Assembly (NCBI GenBank): GCA_024137785.1
Contig: JAHRHZ010000045.1
Coordinates: forward strand, 21,251,288 to 21,315,287
DNA from: Ginglymostoma cirratum
Lineage: Eukaryota
Length of the DNA: 64,000 nucleotides
Reading direction: 5' to 3'
Shown: positions 27,901-39,900 of the stretch, one piece after another
How the letters are laid out: every line of letters begins with the position of its first letter
How positions within the stretch are numbered: the stretch's first letter is position 1
Notes under the pieces: generated by a model
What the model was told of the DNA's origin: nothing
The model's input: only the letters and a program-made list of their open reading frames with translations
The model's database searches: none
Made by a program: the position numbers and the translations under genes

Positions 27901-30900
27901 TTTACCCACAACCGAAGTAAGGCTCACTGGTCTATGATTACCAGGGTTGTCTCTACTCCCCTTCTTGAACAAGGGGACAACATTTGCTATCCTCCAGTCT
28001 TCTGGCACTATTCCTGTAGACAATGATGACATAAAGATCAAAGCCAAAGGCTCTTCAATCTCATCCCTAGCTTCCCAGAGAATCCTAGAATAAGTCCCAA
28101 ACGGCCCAAGGGACTTATCTATTTTCACACTTACCAGAATTGCTAACACCTCCTCCTTATGAACCTCAATCCTGTCTAGTCTAATAGCCTGTATCTCAGT
28201 ATTCTCCTCGACAACATTGTCTTTTTCATGTGTGAATACCGACGAAAAATATTCATTTAGTGCCTCTCCTATCTCTTCGGACACGATGCACAACTTCCCA
28301 CTACTGTCCTTGACTGGCCCTAATCTTACTCTAGTCATTCTTTTATTCCTGACATACCTATAGAAAGCTTTAGGGTTTTCCTTGATCCTACCTGCCAAAG
28401 ACTTCTCATGTCCCCTCCTGGCTGTTCTTGGCTCTCTCTTTAGGTCCTTCCTAGCTAACTTGTAACTCTCAAGTGCCCTAACTGAGCCTTCACACCTTAT
28501 CTTTACATAAGCCTCCTTCTCCCTCCTTGACAAGAGATTCAACTTCTTTAGTAAACCATGGTTCCCTCGCTCGACCACTTCCTCCCTGCCTGACAGGTAT
28601 ACATTTATCATGGACACGCAGTAGCTGTTCCTTGAACAAGCTCCACATTTCAATTGTGCCCAGCTCTTGCAGTTTCCTTCACCATCCTATGCGTCCTAAA
28701 TCTTGCCTAATCGCCTCATAATTGCCTTGCCCCCAGCGGTAACTCTTGCCCCGCGGTATATACCTATCCCTTTCCGTCGCTAAAGTAAACGTAACCGAAT
28801 TGTGGTCACTATCACCGAAGTGCTCACCTACCTCCAATTCTAACACCTGGCCTGGTTCATTACCCAGTACCAAATCCAATGTTGCCTCGCCTCTTGTTGG
28901 CCTATCTGCATGCTTTGTCAGGAAACCCTCCTGCACACAGTGGACAAAAACTGACCCATCTAAAGTACTCGAACTATAGCGTTTCCACTCAATACTTGGA
29001 AAGGTAAAGTCCCCCATAACAACTACCCTGTTTCTTTCGGTCCTATCCAGAATCATCTCTGCAGTCCTTTCCTCTACATCTCTGGAACTTTTCAGACGCC
29101 TGTAGAAAACTCCCAACAGGGTGACCTCTCCTTTCCTGTTTCTAACCTCAGCCCATACTACCTCAGTAGACGAGTCCTCATCAAACGTCCTTTCTACCAC
29201 TGTAATACTGTCCTTGACTAACAATGGATCCCCCTCTTTTGCCACCTTCCCTGATCTCACTGAAACATCTAAACCCCGGAACCTGCAACAACCATTCCTG
29301 TCCCTGCTCTATCCATGTCTCCGAAATGGCCACAACATCGAAGTCCCAGGTACCAACCCATGCTGCAAGTTCACCCACCTTATTCCGGATGCTCCTGGCG
29401 TTGAAGTAGACACACTTCAACCCACCTTCATGCCTGCCGGTACACTCCTGCAACCTTGAAACCTTATTCACGACCTCACTACTATCAATCTCCTGTTCAC
29501 TGGAGCTACAATTCAGGTTCCCACCCCCTGCTGAATTAGTTTAAACCCTCCCGAAGAGCATTAACAAATTCCCCCCCCCCCCCCCCAGATATTGGTACCC
29601 CTCTGGTTCAGGTATAGACCATCCTGTTTGTTGAGGTCCCATCTACCCCAGAATGAGCCCCAATTATTCAGGTATCTGAATCCCTCCCTCCTGCACCATC
29701 CATGTAGCCACGTGTTCAACTGCTGTCTCTCCCTATTCCTTGCCTCGCTAGCACGTGGCATGGGTAACAAACCAGAGATAACAACTCTGCTTGTTCTAGC
29801 TCTAAGCTTCCACCCTAGCTCTTTGAATTTTGCCTTACATCCCCATCCCTTTTCCTGCCTATGTGGACCACGACTTGGGGCTGGTCACCCTCTCCCTTCA
29901 GGACCCCAAAAACACGATCCGAGACATCACGGACCCTGGCACCTGGGAGGCAGCACACCAATCGCGAGTCTCTCTCGTTCCCACAGAATCTCCTATCTGT
30001 CCCCCTAACTATGGAGTCCCCAATGACTAATGCTGTCCTCCTCTTCCCCCGCTTCCCTTCTGAGCAACAGGGACAGACTCTGCGCCAGAGACCTGTACCC
30101 CATGGTTTGCCCCTGTTAAGTCGCTTCCCCCCAAACAGTATCCAAACCGGTGTACTTGTTATTGAGGGGAACGGCCACAGGGGATCCCTGCACTGTCAGC
30201 CTGTTCCCTTTCTGTCCCCTGACTGTAACCCATCTACCTTTTTCCTGTACCTGAGGTGTGGCTACCTCTCTAACTCCTCTCAATTACCCCTGAATGATCC
30301 GAAGTTCATCCGGCTGCAGCTCCAGTTCCCTAACGCGGTTTCCGAGGAGCTGGAGTTGGGTGCTCTTCCCGCAGATGAAGTCAGTGGGGATACTAGTGGT
30401 GACCCTTGCTTCCCACATGCGACAGGAAGAGCATGCAACTGCCCTAACATCCATTCCCAAACAGACTATTGAGAGGAAAAAAAACTAGTAACCTTACCAA
30501 GTCAATGCTCAGAACCTTTTTTTTTTGGTTAGAGGAGGAGGATGGGTGGGAGACACTACCTAAGTAGTGATTTGGGTAAAGCAACCGCCCAAATATATTA
30601 CCTCACTTACTCAGCCGTCCCATGTCGGCTTCTACTAAACCTTCCCAGCAGTCCCCTCGCACTCTCACCCGACTCCCACCGCTGAACAAACGGAGGCCGC
30701 CGACTCCACGAGGCAAGTCCCGCTAAGTGATAAGCAGCAGTCCCCTCGCACTCTCTCGACTTCCACTGCCGAATAGTTGGAGGCCGCCGACTCCACGAGG
30801 TAAGCCTTTTAAAAGCTCACCTTCCCAGCAGTCCCCTTGCACTCTCACCCAATACCTGCCGCGGAACAAACGGAGGCTGCAGACTCCACAAGGCAAGTCC

Positions 30901-33900
30901 CACTAAGTGATAAGCAGCAGTCCCCTCGCACTCTCTCGACTCCCCCCGCTGAACAATTGGGGAGACATGTATGAGGTGATCCTGTGTATTTTTGAAGAAA
31001 ACTGGCTAAATTATGCTGGATGTTGAGGGTTATTGAAGCAACAAGTTGTTGGAAGATAACTTTTTTGGTGGGGTGGTGGGGTCAAGCATTTGGTTTGGGA
31101 TGCAGTCATAATACCCTTGAATTTAAGTGTTACTAAGATGGTAATCAATTTATCCAGGGCAACTCACGATGAGGCTCTGCCTATTTATGGAAAAACTCAA
31201 ATACAAACTTTCAAATTTTTTTTCAAGATGAAGCAAAATGATTTTTTAAAATGTTCTGACAGTTTTTCTTCATGTGCTTTTTCATTGTTCGTTTCTGAAG
31301 GTGCTCTTCAGTTTGTGTTAATTAAAGGCTAGAATATATTGTGCTGCATTGTACATAAGATATATGCATAGCTCAGAATTGATAAATAGCTGTGTTGTCT
31401 TGTATCTGGAGTGTCACATACAACTAGCTATTGCTTTTGACCCCAGTAATCATGCTATCAGTTTTCAGTTATCAGTGAGTAAATGCAGTATTGTTCATTC
31501 TGTTAGTTAGGATCCCTCAACTGTCCTTTACATGAATAGTTGTCTTATCAAATAGCCTGAAAATATCTTAACAAGATTAAGGCAAATTAAGAAGTATTTT
31601 TCACTGACGTTGCTTGCATCTAATTTTTAATGACCTTTGAAAGGTTTTTCATTTTTCATTTCAGTAGACATTGCTAGTGTATTTGTGCTGCATTTGATAC
31701 GTGGCCTCTGTCTTGCCTATTTGCAGTTATCAGCCAGTGTGTTTGGTGAAAGTGTTAGAATAAATATGCTATTTTAAGGTATATTAGCCAGTGCCATGAG
31801 AAGTTTGACAGTTTATACGGTAGAACTGGATGAATTTTCCAAACATCCTGAAGTGTTATAATTGAAAATAAAATGAATTGTTACTGGATAATTATCAATG
31901 TACTTTTTTTAGAATACATGTGGGGGAACCTGAGTTGGCAAGAATTTGCTGGGTAATAGTAAGCAGTTCTGTAGTTTTAATAGACTGAATTTTACATTGA
32001 CGCTTTTATAGGAAGAATTTCAAATTATCATTCTTAAAGAGGAGCTTGCTTCTATTGTTTACGGATTGCATTTTTTTATTAATTTAGGTTTAATACAATG
32101 ACACAAACAGTTTGTTTTTCAGAATATTTTAGCACAAGTTTGTTTTGTTTTTTTAACAGTCTCGCAAATGATCCAGTTTCAGCACGTGAAAATCCATAAA
32201 TTCTGAGGACATTCAAAACTACACCAACTTAATTTACAAAGTGTGGTGCTGGAGGAACACAGCAGGCCGGACAGCATCAGACGAAGATAAAGCTGACGTT
32301 TCGGGTCGGGACCCTTCCTCCATCTCCACACTTTGTTATCTCTGACTCCAGCATCTGCAGTTTTTGTTATCCCACTTAATTTACATTATTTTTAGTTCAT
32401 TTGTTACTTTTTTGGATGACCTTTTTAGCTGTTGCCTCAATTTGAAAATTTCTGTCATTATTTTTAAATTTCTCTGGGGCCTCACTAGTCTGAAAACCCC
32501 CCAAGCCCCTCAACTCTCCAAGGTTTCAACATTCTTCTAATTCTGAGCTTTTGGATGTCACCAAATTTCTTTGCTTCACCTTTTGGTAATCTTACCTTCA
32601 CCTGCGTGTCCTTAGCTCCCTACCTGCCTATTTTCTCCCCAAAACTGTCTCTATCACTCCTCTTCTTATGAAGTTCCCGAAAATCTTCCTGTTCAATCTG
32701 GTGACTGAGCGGAAGCTTGATCAAATATGTTGTTATTTGGTGTAGTATCACATTTTGTGAAATATATCAATGTTTAGCTACATTTAAGGGTGCTATGTAA
32801 ATGTAGTATTAGATCAGCTTTTTTTGCTGAACACCAGCATCTGCAGTCTTTAACTTTTGCAGACTTAATACATGGAACTTCATTTTGGATAAGAGTAATT
32901 TAGTTTTGTACTACTACCTCACTCTGAAGAGGTCTGTAAAATAGGAATATCATAGAAAAGGGGAGATAGATAGTACATCTGAAAAGAGGGGGATAGGGCG
33001 AAGTCTTTCAATATATACTGCTGCAGTACATTTGAGATTTTCTGTTGGTGGTATGGTTCAGGGTAGGTCAAAGCGACTCCCTGAAGTGTGATGTTAAGTG
33101 CAATAAGACTGTATTTCTACCCCAGTAGCTGCTACAAATGCAGATAGCTATTTCAAACAGAGTTTAACTTTTTTGAATTCAGTTTAATTGTCTGAAGATT
33201 TTTCGACAATGTAAAACAGTAATGATTTTTCTTCTTTTTAGTTATTTTTATCTACTTTTTAAAAACTTTTATTGTCGCACTTGCATGAAATAGAGCATTT
33301 ACCCCTTCTGAGATGCTATGGTGACCCAAATTGAGAAATGGCCTGTATCCTACAGGATTACTTCAATACAAACAAAATGGAAAAACCAGCAGATCAGCTA
33401 AAGAGAATCTGCCCTTTGTAGCATGGTTTTGCAGGATCAATCAAGATCTCCTTAGTACATAGTTCCCTTGCTTGGGAATCATACTGTTGTATCTCTGAAG
33501 ATTCTTTGGTCAAGTGTTTAGACATTTGTAACACTTTTCTGAAGGATTTGCAAATTTATGTTGAAATTCACATTAACAATCTGCCATGATATTAATATAA
33601 AGTGGGACCAAAATTATTTTCTACATGTTTCTTTAGAAATATAGTGTACTATGTCTTGATCCATCTAAATGTGCATTTTAATATTGTGAATTTTTGTCTT
33701 GTTTACAGGCTGAAGAAAATGCAACCGTTATTTTCCTCAGTGAGATTGTTTGGGAAAAATTTCGGCCAAGTACAGGCTGCTTTGAGCCTTTAATTTTACA
33801 TTTTCCTGACTACAGCAAAGGTACAATGCCACTATTTATAACTTTCATTCTTTGATAAATACAATAACTATAACAAGTGATTTCCTCTAGTTTTGACACC

Positions 33901-36900
33901 CCCACCGTAGGGAAAAGATCCTTTGCTGTTCGCATTATCTGTGCCCCTCATGATTTTATAAACGTCTATAAGGTCACTCCACAACCTTCTATGATCCAGT
34001 GAAAAAAGTCTCAGTCTATCCAGCTTCTCCCTATAACTCAAACCCTACAGTTCGGGCAACGTCCTGGTAAATCTTTTCTGAGCCATTTCCAAAAGTGGCC
34101 TCCCTAACATCCTGTACAACCTCAACACGACATCCCAACTCCTATACTCAGTGGTCTGAGCAATGAAGGCGACTGTGCTAATAACCTTCTTACCACTCTG
34201 TTTGTGATACAACTTTCAAAGAACTATGTACCTGAACCTCTAAGTCTCTGTTTGGCAACACTACCCAAAGCCTTACCATTAACTATATAAGTCCTGCTCT
34301 TGCCTGTTTGATTGAAATGCAATACTTTGTAGTTATGATAATTAAACTCCAGCTGCCAGTCTTCAGCCCAACAATGATGTTAGACTCACTGGCCTATAGT
34401 TCCTAGGCTCCACCTTGGCAGTCTTCCTTAAATGAGGTATGACATTAGACATCCTCCGCTCTCCTGGCACTTGACCCATGGCTATAGATGATATAAGTAT
34501 CTCTGCTAGGGACCCGCACAATTTCTTCACTAACTTCCCACAACGTCCTGGGATATACTTGATCAGGTCCATTGCCTCTTTAAGTAAGGGATCACTAATT
34601 ATACGCACTGTGGCAGGTATTTTCCAAAGTCTTCCACTTGAAAGTTACAAGGATTTTGCTGTCTCTAATCCTCTAACAGGATGCATATGTGGATATACCT
34701 TTTTGGCTTAATGGGAACAAGGTGATAAATGTGATCAGGCCTGTTTATTCATGAAGGTAAACTGATTAGGCAAAATGGTCTGTTTTCTTGTTGTAATTTC
34801 GGTGTGTTTCTTTATATGTACATTTTTATCTCTCTGATTTCTCTCTATGCCTTTTGGAAATATCTTTTCATCACCCTCAAACTGAAGCTTTTGGTAACAT
34901 ATCCAAAGTGTGAGCAGAGCAACCTATCCATTCATTCTTTTTCATCAATTGGAGGTGTCCTGTGGTTACGTATGGCCATTTGATTGCTAATAATAGGGTA
35001 TCATGACATCTGATTTTGTTTGCTATTGCAGAAAATTATTTTCTGCAAGATGTAGAAATAATAGCCATGTTCTGCATTTTGACTTGATAGAAATTTCTCA
35101 AAATGATGTAAGAAATTTTGTAATTTTTTTTTACACTTTGACCACTGACTGAATCTGTGTAAAGCTGTCATAATGCAAAGCCAAGATATTTTGTTTGTTG
35201 TCTTAATTAGGAAACTAATGTATTGTTAGTTGTTACTACCCGTACCAGAGAGAACAAAAGAACATTTGACATGATTGCACATGTTTGTGTATTAATTGAG
35301 AAATAATTACATTTTGACCTGTTGGATTCTGATCAACAAGGGTATTTTGAAATGTGGTTATGTAGGGATGTTTAAATGATTTAAGTATATGGTCTGCATA
35401 GATAATAGTTGAAAGAAATGAATACATGTGAAATGATAATTGCCATCCCTGAAACTACTTACTTTTGACTTCAGCTGATCTCCAGAAAATTCTTTCACGA
35501 GACCATCCTCCAGGATTTTCTGCAGATTTTTATGCCACTTATATTAACATTCTGCTTGGAGTGTTCTACGCTGTCTGTCGAGACTTAAAAGAGCTGCGAC
35601 ATCTCGTAAGTTTTTCATGCTTTGTGGGAAGGTGAATGGGTCTCCCCCAAACTTCTACCTTAATGTTTAATGTGGAAAAGGAAAACAGAATATGAAAGTA
35701 AGCTAGTGGAAAACGTAAAACCTGACTGCAAGAGCTTCTGTAGATATGTGAAGCGAAAAAGACTGCATTTAGAATCCAGTGAAGTCATAATAGAGAACAA
35801 AGAAGTGGTAAACCAGTTGAACAAATACTTTGGACCAGTCATCATAAAGAAGGACACCAATAACCTTCAGGAAATGCTAGAGAACGGAGGGTGAAGCATG
35901 AAGGAGGAACTGAAGGAAATCCTTATTAGTCAGGAAATGGTACTGGGGAAATTGATGGGATTAAAATCCGATGAGTGCCTTGGGCCTGATGCTCTGCATC
36001 CCAGTGTACTTAAGGAAGTGGCACTAGAAATAGTGGATGTGTTGGTGATCATTTTCCAGCATTCTGTAAACTCTGGAAGAGTTCTAAATGGACTAGAGGG
36101 TAGCTAATGTTACTTCACTCTTTAAAAAAGGAGGGAGAGAGAAAATGGGGAATCATAGGCCGTTTAGCCTGACATCGGTGGTGGGGAAATGCTGGAGTCA
36201 ATCATTAAGGATGTAGTAACTGAGCATTTGGAAAGTGGTGACAGAATCTATGCTAGTCAGTGTAGATTCAATAAAGGGAAATCATGCTTGACAAATCTTC
36301 TGGAATTTTTTTGAGGATGTGACCAATGGCGTGAACATTCAAAAGGCTTTTGACAAGGTTCTACACAAGACATTAGTAAGGAAAACTAAAGCTCATGGTA
36401 GCAGAAATGTATTGACATGGATAGAGAACTGGTTGGCAGACAGGAAGCAGAGTGTTAGAATAAACAGGTCCTTTTCAGAGTGGCAGGCAGTGACGAGTGG
36501 GGTGCCGCAGGGTTCAGTGCTGGGACCTCAGCTGTTAAGAATAGATATTAACGATTTGGACAAAGGAATTGAATGCCATGTCTCCAGATTTGTAGATGAC
36601 ACCGAGCTGGGTGGCAGTGTGTGCTGTGAGGAGGATGCTAAGAAGCTGCAGGGTGGCTTGGACAGACAGCACATACTTGGCAAGTGCTATATAATATGGA
36701 AAAATGTGATGTTGTCCACTTTGGCCACAAAAACAGGAGGGCAGTTTGTTATCTGAATGGTGGCAATTTATGACAAAGTGAAGTGCAATGAGACCTGGGT
36801 GTCATGGTGGAACAGTTGCTGAAAGTTGACGCGCAGGTGCAGCAGCTTGTAAAGAAGGCTAATGGTGTGCGCTCCTGCGTTGTGAGAGGATTGGAGTATC

Positions 36901-39900
36901 TGAGTAATGATGTCTTGCTGCAGTTGTACAGGGCATTGGTGGGGCCACACCTTGATTACCGTGTGCAGGTTTGGCTTCCTTGTTTGAGGAAGGACATTCT
37001 TTTTATTGAGGGAGTCCAGCAAAGGTTCAGCAGACTGACATATGAGGAAAAATTGGATTGACTAGACTTGTATTTGCTGGAATTTAGGAGAATGAGGGGG
37101 ATCTGTCTGAAATATATAAAATCCTAATGGGACTGAACAGGCCACATGTTCCCAGTGTTGGGGAAGTCCAGAACAAGGGGTCACAATCTACGAATAAGAG
37201 GTAAGCCATTCAGGACTGAGATGAGGAAGAATTTCTTTAATTAGAGTTGTGAACCTGTGGAATTCCACCGCACAGCAAGCTGTTGGGGCCTGTTCATTAG
37301 ATATATTTAGGAGGGAGCTGGCCGTGGCCCTTGCGGCTGAAGGAATCAAGAGATATGGGGAGAGGACGGGAATGGGACACTGAGATTTCAAGATCAGCTT
37401 TGATTGTATTGAATGGTGGTGCAGGCTCAAAGGGCCATATAGCCTACTCCTGCACCTATTTTCTATGTTTCTGCATCCCTGGGTGCTATATCAGCTGCAT
37501 CCTGAAGAAGTCAAATGTCTTGCATTTTTCTGAAGAAGTATCTAGGTCTGAAACGTCAGCCTTCCTGCTCCTCTGATTCTGCTTGGCCTGCTGTCTTCAT
37601 TCAGCTCTACACCTTGTTATCTCAAATGTCTTGCAATGATGCTTTGAAGTGGCCACCACAATGCTGATTGTTGGATGTAATTCTTTGGCATTGCAGTAGT
37701 GCTGAGTGGGGAAACACATCAAGTGGATGTCCTCTTGTGAACATTTGGTAATTTACTAACCTATCCAGCTCAGTAATAGAATATTGGAGTAGTTGTCCAC
37801 CTACTGGAGGTTTAAATTCTTGATGCTTTGTTACAATAAACTGCCTAATTCACTGCCTGGACAGGTTGGGTTGGATTTGCAGCTTGAAACTTGTCTTTAC
37901 TTTGTGCTTTAAACCTGTGAGGGCATTGTTTTAGCTGGGGTATTAGACTAAGGACAGCATATCAGATTGAGCTAGTAATAAAGCTAGAGGTGCGCTTGTT
38001 ATTGTGGGAGTGGGATCTGACTTTTTTTTTGAAAGTGTTCAGCCCCAAGTGCAGAGTAAGGAGTTTGAAGTTGAAATATTGCATTGAGAAGAGGCTAAAG
38101 GAAAAGAAAGAGGCTAGAAATGTAAACAAAAACTGATCACCAACTGGGACATTTGGCCAAAATGTGGAGACTAAGGTACATTAGCTGGGTCCTAAAGGTA
38201 TAAAATTGAAAGATCTAGGGATCGGATGCCTAATTGGCCTGGAATACCTTTCTGGCAACAGGGCAGGAAGGATCAGTAAACCAATTTTGAATCTTGAGGA
38301 AACAAGTATTGGCTTTTTCAAAGTCGAGGTGCAAAGTAAATTTGAGGAGGATGGATGGGAGTCACCAGTGATTGGGCAGATAATTGTTACAGGCATGTGT
38401 TGACATTGAAACTTCAAAGAAATTCTTCATATAATAATGTGGTATTGTAAAATGAGCATTCAGGTATTACCAACGAATGTTGATTTGAAAATGATTTGTG
38501 GACAGGAAGTGCACACTAGCTGGCAAGAATAAATATGAAGTTGGAACACAATGGGACAAAGACCTGGATACAATAAGTAAAATTTTGGAGGCTGAAAATG
38601 TCTCTGAACATACAATACTTCTTTTAGCTAGGTTGAAACTTGTCAGTGCTTTAAACTTGTGAGGGCATTGTTTTAGTTTTGCCTGCACTGGGAGCAAAGG
38701 TTAATTATCAAACTGCGATCTTTGCAGATACTACTAGTTGTATTCACTTAGTTAGCACATAGATCAGATGTTTAAGAAAAAAGTATGTGTCTATATAAAA
38801 GACTATTTGAAAGCATAAATTATGCAAGGATTTCAGCATCCAGTTTAATTCACCTCTGAAATAAATATGGCAGAAATCAAAAGATGGCGTCTGCAAATAT
38901 TAAGCATTCTGGCATTAGAAACAAAGAAAGAGTTTGATATTAATCGGCTGTGTCTCAGTGTTTACTGTTTTCATCGTTGGTACACTGGCTGGACAGGCTT
39001 CTCAGTACTAAATTAAAGTTATGCCAGAACAGTTTATTTTATCCTGATGATAAAGGCAGGTAAATGGTGTATGCTGCCAGAGGTTACGTTAATGTTTGGA
39101 TTAGTTGTTTTGTTGTCTGGTGATCTTTATAATATGCCTCGCACAAGATTGCATGTATTTGTTATCATTTAGACGTTTCTTTTCAGTTATGATGCCAGGT
39201 AGGTTTTGTTGAATTTCTATGAATAACATGGTGTTTCCATGAGCTGACCTTGTATTATTTTCTAAATTGAAATGAAAGTACTGCAGTAATCTGAAATGAA
39301 ACTAGCAAATGTCCGAAAGCATCAGTTTAGACATCATTTGCGTAGGCCATGTAGAGGTTCATTTGAATCCAGCTGGGAGTGAGATGGGAAATGAGCGCAT
39401 TAGGTTAGCGTCATGAAGCATTCCAGCTTCCTGTAACCTTGCCAGAGGCAGATGAAGTTCAGGAGTGACTACTGGGTGCCGGTGGCTGGTAGTCGAGATC
39501 AATGAGAGGAATAAGTGTCAGAATCTAACTAACATTGGAGAAGACTGCATGTCGGTGTGCAGCCAGGTGATTCCATTGCCAGGGCCTCCTGGCAATAGTT
39601 TAGGTGGGCATCAGAGTCACAGTCTGCATGTCTCAATGGTAGGTTCATGGGTATGAAAGGCTGCATCTGTTACCCAAACAAATCCTCCACTAAGGTTTCT
39701 GTTCAATGTAATGCCATCTTGGCTTTAAAACTCTATTTTTGAAGTTGAATGCAGCTCCTGCTTGGCTGGTCAGCCATTCAAAGCTGCTGGCTGTCTACGG
39801 CATGAGCCCTGTCCTTAATTGAATGCTGGAGGTGACCAATCAAGAAGCTGCTTCTTAGCAGATAAAGCTAGAGCATGCATGGCAGATGTGTGAAGAATCA

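Noticed and set aside
30640-30955. CRISPR-like repeat-spacer array
   Set aside because: The intervening segments are themselves repeated, the context is vertebrate, there are no cas genes, and it is part of a CR1 5' UTR
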